A stretch of DNA of 64,000 bases from Chrysomallon squamiferum (GCA_012295275.1 CM022676.1:15996001-16060000); one strand, 5' to 3'; positions 1-14,796 are shown, counted from the first letter of the stretch. Notes: a model not told the origin generated them from the sequence alone. Numbers and translations: made by a program.

Positions 1-336
1 AGATGTAGTTAAATTGTAACAAATTCTCACGGAAACAAAAATATAATGGCAAATAATATATCTCTCTCTGTTGACCTCTCCTTTGTTATATGCGTATACA
101 CACACACACAAAAACATTCATACATTCACACAGAACTGTTCTCTTCGACGTTACTTTCCATTATTGTAGAGCTGACTTACGTCCAAATATTGCCATATAA
201 TGTATAGAAAAACAGCTGGCTGACTTCCAAATATTATATTCATAATAACAAAAAATACAACAGAAAATGTCTGACGTTAGTGATTTAAAAGAAAGATACA
301 AACAAACAAATAAATAACTAAATAGTAAGAATAATA

Positions 337-386
<50 letters not shown>

Positions 387-1917
387 CAGAATCATAATGA
401 TCCGTAGTTGCCCCCATTTTCTGACACTAATTAGCAAAACATTAATGAACCGTAAGAATATGAATTTATAAATATAATATACATTATAGCTCAATAAATA
501 TGGCTATAATATCATATTTTAGATAGTATAAAATGTATCGGAAATTCTGCTTCAAATGGGCATCTTAAAATGAGGATTGTATGAATATTATATATTTCAC
601 TACACACACACAAAAATTATGATTAAAAATATCTGTCAAAGACTCACTAATAAGTCACAGAGATGTGAAAAAAAATAAGAAATAAAAATAATAATTGTAT
701 CAATTATTTCTGGTACCGTAAACTTAAACCAACTGTGCATATAGATAAAACTTTTTGCAATCCATAAACGAACAAACAGACAAAAGGTAATAATTAGATG
801 TGATTCACATTTAATGAAAGCGTGGACACTCAGACATTAAATATGCTAATATGTATTGAATGTTCATTAATGCGAAACAAATAATAATGGTTTATACTTG
901 TGAAACACTGACTGGCGATAACTGTTATGATATTTCTCGTAGGAAAATAGTCCGTTTCGTACATTCCGGTTTCGATGATTCTCTATATACTTAGGACTGT
1001 TTTACATTAGTGTTAATTGTTGTGTTTTTGTCTCTCTTTTTGTTTTCTCTTTTTTTAGGTTAGAGAACGTTATACCTTACGTAAATATGATTTTATAACG
1101 CTATGTTCGTTTTTTCTGATATGTAATGATGCTGAAATGATACTCGCATAACCAATATAGCAAGTACGTATTTGCTGCTTATTTACGTCAAATAATAAAT
1201 AGTCTGTCACTGCTGCACGAAATACACAGAGGTATACCCGTATCTTACTAACTATGATCTAAAAAATGTATTGTTAATACAATATCTGCGCTAAAGAGGA
1301 GAACTAAATAGGAAAATATAAAATAATTTACGTTTATGAACATTCAAGATAAAGAATACCAACTGTTGAATAAGTAATAACAACAATACTGCACTATAAA
1401 AAAAATGAAAAAAAAAAAAATGTAATCAGATAAATTTAATTATTTGAGCGTTGTTTTCTTCATCTTCTTCAGTTATTAGTAGACAGGTCAGAACATCGTT
1501 TATCGACACACCAGTGAAATACATTCCATATTCAAACTTTGTGAATTAGATTCATAGCAAGTTTAAATCATAAAAGTTATCGTTGAATGCTATTTTCTTC
1601 TTCTTCTTTTTCCGTTATTATTAGACATGACCGAACACCAGTAAAATGCATTTGGCATTAAAATTCAAGGAATTATATTCATAGGAAATTAACCATTGAA
1701 CAACTCGTAGAGAAAAGCATTATATTTTGGTTTGAAGATAATTTTAAAATGTTCTCTCAGTATATACATGCAATTTCTAACACGTGAATGTTTGTTATTT
1801 AGATCAGAGAGCAACAGGTCAGTACTGCTACCACGATTGCTAGCTGGGTGCTGCTTTCGCGTATGATCTACGCGATCTAGTCTTATACACCGAAACAAAC
1901 TCTACACGCTTTTTTAA

Positions 1918-2004
<87 letters not shown>

Positions 2005-2132
2005 CATCATTATTATTACATTTTTTATAATGATTTATTCTTGGGTTTTTATTAGATATTGATAATGTATCGATTAACTGAGCTCAAAACGTTAATATGT
2101 TTATTAATGTTTTCAGCGAACATCTGCTAGAA

Positions 2133-2203
2133 ATGCAAGAATATCTTTGGCGTGTTATTTACGCGATTATTCTTCAAACAGCAAATTCTACTTGGAAAAC
2201 CTT
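2133..2203 (+). other. Possible short first coding exon MQEYLWRVIYAIILQTANSTWKT
   Basis: ttttcag acceptor at 2116, AAATG, GTAAGA donor; single copy, weak support. Confidence 0.25.
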
Positions 2204-3832
2204 GTAAGAATAATGACAACGATAACAACAACAACAACAGTAATATCTATGACCTGTGTTTATCTATTACATATATAAGACAGGTCAAACGTAAAATTTG
2301 ATTCGTTTATGAGGTATTTCCGAAATACATTCGTAATTAAACAAAGCAAAATGAAGCATATTGAATTGTTAGGTAATCATCAAAAATAGAGTCATTCAAC
2401 TGAAACCGATCAAACCTCCTAAACATCAGTTATGAACACTTCAAAAGTAATAATAATAAGTTAGACAGCAAAATGAGGTTGCATACTACTTCTGACGGAG
2501 TAATTTATCTTTTTGACCGAAATCTTCTGTTCGTCATTTCTCCTGTAAGTCTCAGTTCGTGGGTGTCACATCATATTTATGTACATTACATTGTTATTTT
2601 TAAACTTTTTATTTTTTTGTTCTTTGTTGTTCTATGTCGGTGCAATTTAATAAGGACGGTGAAGTTAGAGGAGTAGATATGATAATCTGAAGAGTAAGCA
2701 ACAAAGAATGTAATAAAATATGACAGAGTTTCATTCCAGGTCAAATTGCGCAAGTAAAGTAAGAATACAATTTTAAATTCGCCACATTATATTTTAGCCG
2801 TAATAAAACAATGAAATACAATAACCTTAGCTGCATCCAACACTAGTGTAACTTGATGACATGTGTGTATCTTAAATCACTGAAAAGTGTCAGCACGTCT
2901 CTATTATGTATATTTCACTACTGAACTCAACATTTTATAGATTCTGCCACTTTTATATTGTGAGGTCATTTCAAAATCACGTGGTAACAAATTCAAATGT
3001 AATGTGAAAGGAAAAGTGAAAAAGGTTCCACAGTTTATTTGTACATATTAAAGAAACAACGGGGCATTTGGAAACGCAACATAGCTCTCGAATGAAATCA
3101 TTTCATCTAAAAGTCTCATTGATTACCAGATATCAGATCTGAAAAGTTGTTATGACAATATCAAAATTTGAATGTCAATAATAGTAAGAAAATATATTTA
3201 TCATTTAAGCAAGTAACATCCTATATATGAACGTTTATCAGTGAATCGTTTCTTGGTGTCCTTTAAGCAATTACTCAGATCAAAATTCTCATTTTAGAAT
3301 ATGGTTCTGAGATTTAAAAAATATGGACAGTATAAAAGAGAAATTCGATTTAACTGAGAATTATTCATATCAATGCAAATTGTATTGTCATAATAATTAA
3401 GCAGTTCATTCTTAGTACGTATATTAATAAAACAAATAATAATACTGACATACCCGAAAAGACTGTAGATGTTAGAAATGAGTAAATCCATATATACTGA
3501 AAGAAAGCCAGTTCTTTTATAAAAACTGTACAGAACATTTTGACTCGGTGACGCACAACTACTGTGATTTAGATCCTGATTCCTTTCTTTATATACATAG
3601 CTCGTTGACTGACGAATGCAAATTTACAAGTGGCGCATGTCAGTATGACATAAAGGCAAAGTACGTATGTTATTTATTCATGTCTGTTTATCCACCAATT
3701 TATATACCGTGTACATATATCAGCCAATATGACGTCTATCTATCTTTATTTATTCATTTAAAATAGTTTCTCATTGTGTATACTCTAAAAGCCCAAACCA
3801 ACATAAGGTACATCTGTATTTAAGTGTGATAG

Positions 3833-3848
3833 TGTGTGTGAGTGTGTG

Positions 3849-3926
<78 letters not shown>
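3833..3926. repeat. (TG)n microsatellite
   Basis: Direct reading. Confidence 0.95.
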
Positions 3927-3928
<2 letters not shown>

Positions 3929-5714
3929 ACGGAGAATGAGTGAACACTGATTCATTTGTAATGGCTATTCTGATATAAACTTCGATCTTGATTCAATCAA
4001 TTCTGATATGTTTTTCAGCGAATTCAGGATTCGAGATATAAATGTCTTTAGATTTTTGGATATAAAACACATATAAATAATTGGTTCATCAATGATCAAA
4101 AAATTATCATTAGTGATATTGATCAGAATAGCACTAAATGTGACTACGATACGCAATCATTTATCAGCATGGGTGCAGTCTGAATCTTAACTATTAAACT
4201 ATTAATGGATATGAATTTTAATATAATTATCTCCCTTCTCTCTTCACAGTTATACTTTCTTATTGTTAATTAATTATTATAATTATGAATGAATATTTGT
4301 TTTGATCTTCCCAGAATACGATCTGTAGCGAGAGCTTCGTGATTCCTGCTATATTTTTTAACTTTTTTAAAGACACAAACTCATCTGTTTTGTTTCAAAG
4401 TAATGGTGAAGCGCATGTTATAGTTTCATTGCTACTAACAAAAATACTAGAGGTATTGTGTGTTTATGGGATTGCTGTCTCAACATGTCTGTGTTATGAA
4501 CCGGTGGATTAAAAAACCAAGAAAAAATACATTAAAGTTCTTTATTTTCTTTTAGTGATAGAATATGTTTAGTACGGAATCTGGTTTCGCTAATTACAAC
4601 TAGATGAAACATGCAGGATCGTTATAATCACAAACAATTTTTTAATATAGCCTATTTGCTCATTTCCTTGCCTATTTAAAAGAAAAACAATAATAATAAT
4701 GACCTGTATGTTCTACTGTGTGCTACAGAACTTTTTTCCAAAGAGGTAAAGGTCATTCATGACGGGAATTACCATGATACCAGTGTAACAAAACACTGGA
4801 AATTCTTAGGCAACTTCGGTGTTATATTTTGTCTTTGACCATTTAGTTAAGTTATCAGATTACATCATGATCTTGATCATGCATTAAAATGTTTTTATCA
4901 TCAGAGGCAGTACAGCCTATTTGTGGTGAACCCATTTAACAGTCATCGCAGTTCCTAGGATATCAAACCCTTCTGAATCATGATACCGTGGAATTGTCCT
5001 GACACCAGATCAGCCAAAATGGAATAAAACAGTTTAGTAGTATCTAGAAGAAACTTAAGTTACTTTTCTCCATCAGTACATTTTAAATAAATTTTGACAT
5101 GCATAGAAACAAACACAGAAACACAAAAATATGTAGAAAATGACATGCAGACAGGTTAACAAACATGAACACACACGTCAGCTTATTGAGATGTGACAAG
5201 CTCTAAAATTGTAGCTTGGGTTTCAATGATCATGATTCTGACCCTATGTCTAGTGACCACAAAGGTGAATTGAGTGTCCGTTAATTTATTTGTATTAACT
5301 TTGTGTACCTTGAGTTAAATCATTTTGATTGTGTAGTACTTGTATTTGTTTCATCATCATCATCATCACCTCATTATCATGAACGACATTACATTATCCA
5401 TTCTTTGTTTTTAATATCTTCATCCGTAGACATATCTCTCTTACTGTGTCCCTCTCTGTGCCCCTCTATTTGTTATTAAATTCGTTTTTGTATTTAACTT
5501 ATGATATTGTTATTTATTACTGTGTTAACAAATAATAATAATATAAGTTGTTTTCTGGAGCAGTAATGAATAATAAAGAATGTATCCAAAGTCGAAATAA
5601 AAAAGTTCATACTGAATGTATATGTTATAATCAGTTTTGAGTTTGGCTAAAAGTAAAGACTTGAACAGTAAAATTAAAACTATTCTGATTATTTTGTTGC
5701 AGCAATAAACCATC

Positions 5715-5798
5715 ATGGTACACGATTTGGTGGTGAGACTGCTGCTGTTGCTAACAATGTCTGCGGTGTCGATGTCACTTACAGGGCATGAATTTCAG
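5715..5798 (+). CDS. Orphan signal-peptide exon [28 protein letters not shown]
   Basis: ttgcag acceptor at 5702, ATCATGG start context, hydrophobic core, CAG|GTATGA donor; frame preserved in three copies. Confidence 0.6.
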
Positions 5799-6177
5799 GT
5801 ATGAATTAAATATTTAATGTATAAAACGTAAAGAGTTAGATATAGATGTACTTAAGTGGTATAAAAGTTCTCACGGGAAGAAAAATATAATGACAAATAA
5901 TATATCTCTCTGTGTTGACCTCTCCTTTGTTGTATACGTATACACACATACAAAAACATTCATTCATTCACACAGAGCTGTTCTCTTTGACGTTGCTTTC
6001 CCTTATTGTAGAGCTGGCTTACGTCCAAATATTGCCATAAAATGTATAGAAAAACAGCTGGCTGAGGTCCAAATATTATATTCATAATAACAACAAAAAA
6101 TACAATACAAAATGTCTGACGGCAGTGACTAAAAAGAAATATACAAACAGAGAAATAAATAAATAAATAATTAAATA

Positions 6178-6295
<118 letters not shown>

Positions 6296-7221
6296 ACCTT
6301 AACCATGTTGATCCGTAGTTGCCCACATTTTCTGACACTATTCAGCTAAACATTGAAGAATATTGAAGAACCTTAAGAATATGAATTTATGAGCATAATC
6401 GACTGCAGTAAAGGATATATATTTAAAACGTATACAAACCTGTTAATGAGATTTCTTGACCTGTAAATTTATACAATGATAAAACATGAAATGGCTGTAA
6501 CAATTCTATATAAAATTTTATATGTTTTAAACTGACAAAAGAATTGTGAATACCGGTATTAAGTAAGTGTGTCTTTGTTCAGTATGTCTGTGATTTCAGA
6601 CACACAACGCATTAACAGTTAATTATTGTGTCTGTCTACAAGAAATCCAAAGGTCAGTGAAACGACACATTAGTGTTGTTGCCGCAATTCAGTTTCAGTG
6701 AACGGTAATATCGTACCTTGATCCTTCATAGATTTAGTTTTCAGTCATATTTATCTTTGAAACTGTGTGCTTCCACACAGATATGTATGTATGGATGTAT
6801 GTCTATCGTTTTTATATACATATATATGTATGTGAATATATCAGTCTGGCAATGACACCTGTAAATACTCAGAAACTTACATACACATAATCATAACACA
6901 AACAGTAAATACGTGTCTATATGCGTGTGTGTGCATTTATAGATGTGATTGCGAGACTGACTACACACGCACGCACACACGCACACACCATGCCACACAC
7001 ACGCACACACCATGCCACCCACACACTTTCTAAGCCAGAACTTCAACTCTAAGCTCAACGTGCAAACCGAAAACATAGAAAATTTCTGCGGACGTCGGAG
7101 AAAAGAGCAGAAAGGAAGGAAAAATAGAAGCAACCGGAGTGGAAAAAATTCGAAGCTGATTTAGTTTGTCACACTGAACTGTCTGTTCACTAAATGTTAA
7201 CTTCTATATTTCACTATTTAC

Positions 7222-8830
7222 AGTGATTCACACAGCTTATTCCCACGTCTTGATTATGACTGCAGTTGTTGTCACCCCAAGTAGAGAATGAACAATAGTC
7301 TACACGTTCTTCATCCCCCTTACAGTCAAGTCCATCAAGCCAAATAGGTCCACTGCCTTGTCCAAACTGAGATGCTGTGTGGATTTAGCTTCGAAACTAA
7401 AAAAAAAAAAGATAAACAAAATAATAAATAAAATTGCCACGGTGAAAATGTTTAATCAGCTCGTCATCATACCTAGGATTTTAGAACACTAGGATAGATA
7501 TTGGCAAATTTCAAATGGTGACAGTAAAATATATATATATATATATATATATATAACATATTAACACGAGTGCTATGTGATTTGTTTCTGTATATAGAAA
7601 ATTTGTTATGATATAAAGCAAAAAAAATGCAACTACGTTATTTACGATTTTCTGGAAACCTGACTTAAAATAATTAAGAACGAAATCAGTCAAGGGATAA
7701 CCAAGTTATTACTTTAATAAAAATCTTAATTACTTACATTAAAAATATGTCGTTCATATATATTACACTTCCTAATGAAGTTATCTCCTTTCAACATATA
7801 TATATATATGTATATGTATGTATATGTATTATACCAGATAATATCGAGATTATATACATAAGAAAATAAGTACTGTAATAAAATATAGCTCATTTGTATG
7901 CGTTAAAGAAATATATCTAAAGGAAAAAGTCTCATACAAAAACTGGATTTTCCGTTGGGGAAAGACGATATTATCTCTCTTCCTCCCAGAAATAATAATA
8001 ATAATAATAATATTAATAATAATAATAATAATAATAATAGTATAGATTAAAGAAATGTAGAGAAATATAGAATTATAGTGCGCATCCGTGGTATTAATAA
8101 CGAATAATTTGATAACGAAATGAAATCAATAATTTAGAGATATATAATTTTCTATAAATTTAACAGACATCTTATTATTAAAATAGAAATCTTTTTTGAG
8201 CGAGTATCTGTTTTGCTGTGCAATAATTAATACGAAGTAAGTTGTGTGATTTAGTTTTTTGTTACAGCAAGGAAGGATGACAGTTGTAATGTATAACGAT
8301 CCAGCTGGTGACTTCGCGACGGAACAGTGACGCCGGGTAATTTATATATGTTGTTGTTGTTGTTTAGAATTATGTAAACTGTCTGACAATGTAGGTTTTA
8401 GAACCAGAAGACAGATTAATATTCTTACTGTTTAACAGTTTAGAATATTGCTCATATTTATTTTCCTACCATTTAGGACGACATCACTGCAATTTGTTGG
8501 TAGTTGTTATAAAATACAAAATTAGAATAGGAAATAATTTGGGTTTTGAATTAAAATTTCATACCAATAAATAACTATGTACATCTTCCTAATGAAAATA
8601 TATAACTAGAAAAAAAATGTGCCTTGTATATTTCATTTGCTATTTCTCAATATAAATAGAAACATTTACGAAATTAAATAACGTATATTTACCGACTAAA
8701 ACCCAACATGTAACAGATGACAGCAGCATCTCTGTCATCAAATTCATTATCACAGACAGTTCCCCATGTCCCGTTGTTTTCTACTTCAAGTCTGCCTAGT
8801 GTTGCAATTCCTCCTCCGTTGAAAAGTCGA
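7222..8830 (-). pseudogene. Isolated SRCR C' domain remnant (exons about 8830-8693 and 7396-7222)
   Basis: Reverse complement of 45356-47053 including intron; acceptor of the first exon disrupted; second exon 175 nt with the shared -1 frameshift. Confidence 0.87.
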
Positions 8831-9529
8831 ACTGACCAGTCGATGAGAAATTGGCCAGAAAAAAAACAAAAAAAAAAAAAAAAAAAAACACGTCACATTG
8901 TTTTCGCTATCTACAATACTTGTCTCTTACTGTTAGAGCACCGAATGAAATTTGTTCAAAGTTTTCCTGGAAGAAGGAAGTCAGTCTACTTATGTATTTC
9001 AACAAGCTGCATTGTTTCAAAAAGGAAACAGGTTACTATTGTACTATTGTGTCTTCTCGAGTCTCGGACCTCTACTTACGTTGGTTTGTTAATTATAATC
9101 TTTGTTACTCATATAATTATGTACAGTCAGTTATCATATTCATTTCTATTAATTTGGTTTGTACACAAATTTAAAGGAAGTGTGTTTATTGTCAAACTCT
9201 AATCACAACTGTAAAACAATGCATTTAAAGAGCTATTCATACAGTTTGTCACACGATTTATTTAAAACAATGTATAATATGACGAAAATAACAGAAATCA
9301 GTTGTCCGATCGCAAAATGTGTTTACGTGATCGTTTCAGAAAATGGATGCAAGATGTATTGATACTTTCAACTTAAAAGTGATATAGTTATTAGTGGTTA
9401 AAATACTACTACTACTACTATTGCTACTACTACTAATACTACTACTACTACTACTAATAATAATAATAAAAAAAAAAAAAAAAAAAACAAAAAAAAATAA
9501 AATACAAGAAAAACAAATGAAATTAAGAA

Positions 9530-10610
9530 GGCGAGTTAAACGTTGCCGTGGGTTAAAAGTAAGGTGAAGTTTAGTACAAAAGGGTGAGAATTTAGCCCGT
9601 GACGTCATCGCGTGTGAACACTGTCTCTGCAGTTTAAAATATGAAGACAGGAAATATTTGACATTTTACGACGTAGGGACCATTACTGGAAATTGTACGA
9701 AAGCAACATTTGGCAGAGAGAGGCGATCACTAAATTAAAAAATCTAAATAGAACGACGATACACATACAGACCCAAATTTCGTTCACTGCATTTTGTAAG
9801 AGATGCGAAAACAGGGTAGGAGTTTGCTTTGCATTTATGTTTTTGTTTGTATGTACGAGTAAATCTATGTGTGCATGTAGTTCAGGATTTGAATGTTCTC
9901 TGTCATAAATACATCTGATTAGACTCTGCACACTGACGATATTCGGGAACGCACTGTCACAGTAGGACACGGTCTAATATCGACCTCATAAACTAATCAG
10001 AGTGAAATGAATTTATGAAATACATTTGAGAAAATCTGAAATATTAACGTTTTAGGAGTGTTAACGTTTTTATTTAACAAGTTACAGTTTTCTTCAGAAT
10101 CTTGTTACCATTTTAGTTCTAGTAAAGTCTAACCTATTTTAGTAATAAGGATGACTTGCTGAGTATCCTTTCCTCCTAACAGGGAAACTCCAAACACTTT
10201 ACAATGAGAGTATCTGAAGGAAACATGGACTGAAACTGGATGGATAACGAATTACAATGAATAATAATCCTTACAGAAGTTACAAGTTTGTAATGTGAAC
10301 GTTGAATTTCAGTTGGATAGTTTTTCTTAGAACCTGTTCGAATTCGTACTGGACTGTATAAAACAAACTGTATCGAACCGAAGAGGAGACTGAATAATGG
10401 AATTTGTACTAAATGATCTACTATTGTATGATTTGTTAGGTACGTAGTATATGTCGAAGTGAGTTCAGAAATACCTTGAAGAGTTCGTCATCACTTATTT
10501 TCACATAACAAAAGTGTACTACGGATGTTAAACATTAATATTCACTTTAGACGAAGCTTATTTATTTATTATTATTATTAATACGGGTTTTACTTGACTT
10601 TGGATTTCCC
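9530..10610. promoter_or_regulatory. Candidate upstream regulatory region of SRCR copy 1
   Basis: Palindromic CRE TGACGTCA 9600-9607, ETS-like ACAGGAAAT about 9647, kB-consensus GGGAAACTCC 10182-10191, kB-like GGATTTCCC 10602-10610; motif matches only. Confidence 0.35.
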
Positions 10611-11108
10611 TATGTGATTAATAGAGACTACACAACCTTAATGTAAAATACGTATACAAATTATTAATTCAATAAAATTTTCTCTCTTTGAATAATGAAA
10701 ATAAATATATTTGCTGAAATACAGTTTCATAGATCTTCGGGATTAACGTAAAAAATGATAAACAAAAGTAATGATATCGCATTTATTTTTGTCACAACAA
10801 TAGATATTGTAATATTACTGAGAAGTTACAACTTTATTTTATGTTTACATTTTTTTTTGTATATATTGTATGAACAATAGTAACATGTGTCCTTTTTAAA
10901 ACAATGCAGCTTGTTGAAATACTTAACAAGACTGACTTCCTTCTTCTAGGGAGTTTTACACACATTTCATTGGCTGCTCTAATAGGAAGAAAAAAGATTG
11001 GAGAGAGCGAAAACAATTTGAAGTTAGTATTAAAATAGGTCATATTTTTTCTGACTGCTTGGATTTCATGAACAGTTAGTGTTATTACTATTACCATTGA
11101 CGTTTGTA

Positions 11109-11110
<2 letters not shown>

Positions 11111-11171
<61 letters not shown>

Positions 11172-11264
11172 TTATTATTAGTAGTAGTATTAGTATTAGT
11201 ATTAGTATTAGTATTATTATTATTATTATTATTATCATCATGATCATTATCATCATCATCATCA

Positions 11265-11329
<65 letters not shown>

Positions 11330-11330
11330 T
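11111..11330. repeat. Compound (ATT)/(AGT)/(ATC)n microsatellite abutting the signal-exon acceptor
   Basis: Direct reading; shorter version at 40160-40300. Confidence 0.95.
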
Positions 11331-11357
11331 CAGATAATGCACTAGAATCATTCAGAA

Positions 11358-11424
11358 ATGCGGACAGCAATTTCATTTTTCTGTTTTCTTTATATAAATA
11401 TTTTCATTCCACACTCGAGTACTG
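11358..11424 (+). CDS. SRCR-Ig-FN3 gene (copy 1), signal-peptide exon MRTAISFFCFLYINIFIPHSST
   Basis: ATG at 11358, hydrophobic core, phase-1 donor G|GTAAGT; the same 67-nt exon recurs at 40065-40131 (-) and 41589-41655 (+). Confidence 0.8.
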
Positions 11425-11974
11425 GTAAGTTAAATCTAAACTAATTTCATATATTTGTTTTTCTTAAGAGTATTGTTTGAAAATTATAATTTAGTATTAG
11501 TGCCAGTAGCTGTGGTTGTTGTAATAGTAATAGAATAAGGAAATATAATAGTCGTAATAGTAATAATTGTAAAACTAGCAACAGTAAAACTTATTCTAGA
11601 ACTAGTAATTACACTAGTAGCTCTAGTAGCACAAGGAACAAAAACAGCACAATAGCAGTTATAGTAAAACAAAAATACGTTTAGAAGTAATAGGTTGGTA
11701 GAAAAAAGGTGATGACGAAAACACAGTAACAGTTTTAATAATATTAAAATAGCTGTGATCAAATTAATGTTAAAAATACTAATTATTGGCATTTATAACA
11801 ACACTAGATATATAACACAATCTCATGTCACTTTAATTTTATTACAGAATTACGTTCTTTACAAAAGAACATTGAAATATGTGTTTATTGACATTTATTT
11901 TCCTTTGTTCTTTTCTTTCGAAGAAATTATACTATTCTAAATCACTGATCATATTTAGTATGTTATTATTTCAG

Positions 11975-12119
11975 TACGAGTACGGTTAGTAAATGGAAGA
12001 GGAAAACCAACACAAGGACGAGTTGAGGTTCAAGTAAACGGGACGTGGGGAACAATTTGTGATGATTATTTTGACGCAAATGTGGCTTCTGTTTTATGTC
12101 ACATGTTAGGATTTAGTCG
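11975..12119 (+). CDS. Copy 1 SRCR1 (type A), N-terminal exon
   Basis: ttcag| [47 protein letters not shown] |gtaatt; 145 nt, phase 1 to 2. Confidence 0.93.
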
Positions 12120-12503
12120 GTAATTGTTTTGTTTATATGCTTACTTACTTTTTTCTTTCTTTTGTATTCCTTATTGTTAAGCAAAAATATTATTCGTAGA
12201 AATAATTTTACACAGAATCAAAATTAGTGATGGTGTATATGTCACTTTGTTTTTGACTACTACTACTACTACTACTACTAATAATAATAATAATAATAAT
12301 AATAATACAATTACAATAACCCTAGCAATATTTACTCTACCCTTTTGGCATCAAAACATTATTCTATTAAATGTTGTTGAAATTAGTTAGAAAGTAAGGA
12401 ATCACTTCTGAAATCTAGGTCTAAAATGATGTTGTTGATTGCATTTTATAAACCATGTTGTATACTGTTCATTTTACTGTACACATTTTTCATTTTATTT
12501 AAG

Positions 12504-12673
12504 TTTTAATGCTACATCATATCAAAGAGCTCACTTTGGACAAGGCACTGGGCAAATATGGCTTGATGATCTGAGATGTGATGGAGATGAAGACAGTGTT
12601 GAAAATTGCTCATTTCCTGGCTGGGGGAAACACGACTGTAGTCACAGGGAGGATGTTGGTATCAGCTGTCAAT
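12504..12673 (+). CDS. Copy 1 SRCR1, C-terminal exon
   Basis: [48 protein letters not shown]; AG/GT bounded, phase 2 to 1. Confidence 0.93.
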
Positions 12674-13203
12674 GTCAGTTTACACGTGTCATTTTATTTT
12701 ATTTTATTATTTCACTTACTTGCTCATCATTCTTGCTGTCCAAAAGATTACATTTGCAAATTTGATGTTATATGTTTGATCGCTAGAAAAAATGGCCTCA
12801 GTAATAGCAGAATATACTGTAACAATTTCAAGCTGATCGTTAAAAAGGACATGCAGTGACATACGGAATTCAGTCAATTTATTCAAAACAGTGATAGTTT
12901 TAGCAACTGAACTGGACTGAGCTGTTTATCATTTACAGATGTCAGGGTTCGTAGGTTTTGAGTGCACATCTTTGATTAATGCCTCCTAATGGTATTAATA
13001 ATTTAAGAAAAAATAAAATCAAATAACATCAGGAAATCGAGAAATAATTTCCCTACCGACACGGTATAATCTGAAATTGCAATGAGATTCACGTACGATT
13101 TAATATATGTAATTGGTCAGCAAAAATAATAAGAAATTGCTGTGAAATTTGTATGTAATGATTACGGAAACACCGGAATGAAATATTTCATCCTCCATTT
13201 CAG

Positions 13204-13348
13204 TGTCTATCAGACTAGTCAATGGTGGAGATAATCTAACACAGGGACGAGTTGAGATCAAACTTAACGATACATGGGGAACTGTCTGTGGTGACAGATT
13301 TGACGACAAAGACGCAGGCTTTCTCTGTACATTTTTAGGATTCAGTCC
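13204..13348 (+). CDS. Copy 1 SRCR2 (type B), N-terminal exon
   Basis: [47 protein letters not shown]; 145 nt, AG/GT. Confidence 0.92.
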
Positions 13349-13495
13349 GTAAGATAGTCTTACCTTCAGTTAAGGAGCACATTTATATTTGTTACACAAT
13401 GTAAAGTAAAATCTGAATTATCTCGTACTACAGCTTGATGAATATTTCTACTAATGAATATCATACAACTCAGATTGTGTTTTTATAAATCTTAG

Positions 13496-13672
13496 ATTCA
13501 ACACAAAGACGTATAAGAATGCTCACTTTGGAGAAGGAACAGGACCAGTGTGGGTTGATGATGTTAACTGTGTTAAAGACGAAAGTGGACTGAATCACTG
13601 TTCTTTCTATGACTGGGGTGAAGCAAACTGCAGTCATAAACAGGATTTGGGAATTAGCTGTTTCCCAACACA
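13496..13672 (+). CDS. Copy 1 SRCR2, C-terminal exon (+1 nt near 3' end)
   Basis: [49 protein letters not shown]; 177 nt versus 176 nt in the inverted copy (37821-37996), extra A at about 13668. Confidence 0.88.
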
Positions 13673-13913
13673 GTACGTTGTTTTTCATAATATTTTTTAT
13701 CCCCATTTTAAAACAAATATGGCCATTTTAATGTTCACTTTAATGAAAAACAAAACATGTTTTATTGAATAATGTCGGTTAACCTTGTTTCCACATATTT
13801 ATTACGGGTACATACTGTTAGCTGCCTACAAAGGACATTCTGTATTTTATTTAATGATAGTAGTTTTTTTCTTAATATTATTTTTTTGCTTGTTTTTGTT
13901 TGTTTTTGTTATA

Positions 13914-13961
<48 letters not shown>

Positions 13962-14060
13962 TGTAATCTTTGAGGATTTGAAATGAATATGAAGGGATTA
14001 AAACAAAGCCGAATAGACGCTTTGTCTGTTAAAACATTAGTTTTTTCTTCTGACATTGAT

Positions 14061-14180
<120 letters not shown>

Positions 14181-14601
14181 GTCTGTGTGTTTTTCTGTGT
14201 GTCTCTCAATTATGTCTCTTTTTTCAGTTGAACCTTTGGAAATATAGGTACTGGAACAACTATTAAACTTTTTTTGTATCTTCTTGTATATTAGAAATAA
14301 AATTTGATTTCTGTATTACTCTGAAGTCTCTGTTTTCTCTCTCATGACAGAGGTATCATCTCTCTATTAATTTTGAGCTCTCTCCCCATACTCTCTCTCT
14401 CTCAAAAATTTTGCTGTTTTCAAAATGTTTTGGACAGGGTATCTCAGCTAATCAAATTATCACCATGACGGCCGTGTAAAAAATTTTTTTTCTAGATGTT
14501 TACAGCAGTTTGTGTTGTTTTTAACATAACACAGAAAAAACAACTATTAAACTTCATATAATCGTGTTTTACATTAAATAAAGACTAGAATATCTCTATT
14601 C

Positions 14602-14646
<45 letters not shown>

Positions 14647-14796
14647 TATTTTCTCTGTGTATGAATTTATATAATGCACATGTTTCTATGTAGTTACGCT
14701 TGCGGAAAAACAGCTTTGAAATGTACTGGACAGTGACATTTGTTTCGTCAAGATATTTACAAATTATCGTTTAATCATTCCTTGAATTTACTTCAG

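Noticed and set aside
1453-1685. Short degenerate direct repeat (~110 bp x2); also 49000-49230 versus 49550-49770
   Set aside because: Local tandem duplications with no sign of function
8717-9202. 161-aa plus-strand ORF and similar ORFs (13100-13309, 38183-38392)
   Set aside because: Antisense shadows of SRCR exons running into non-coding DNA
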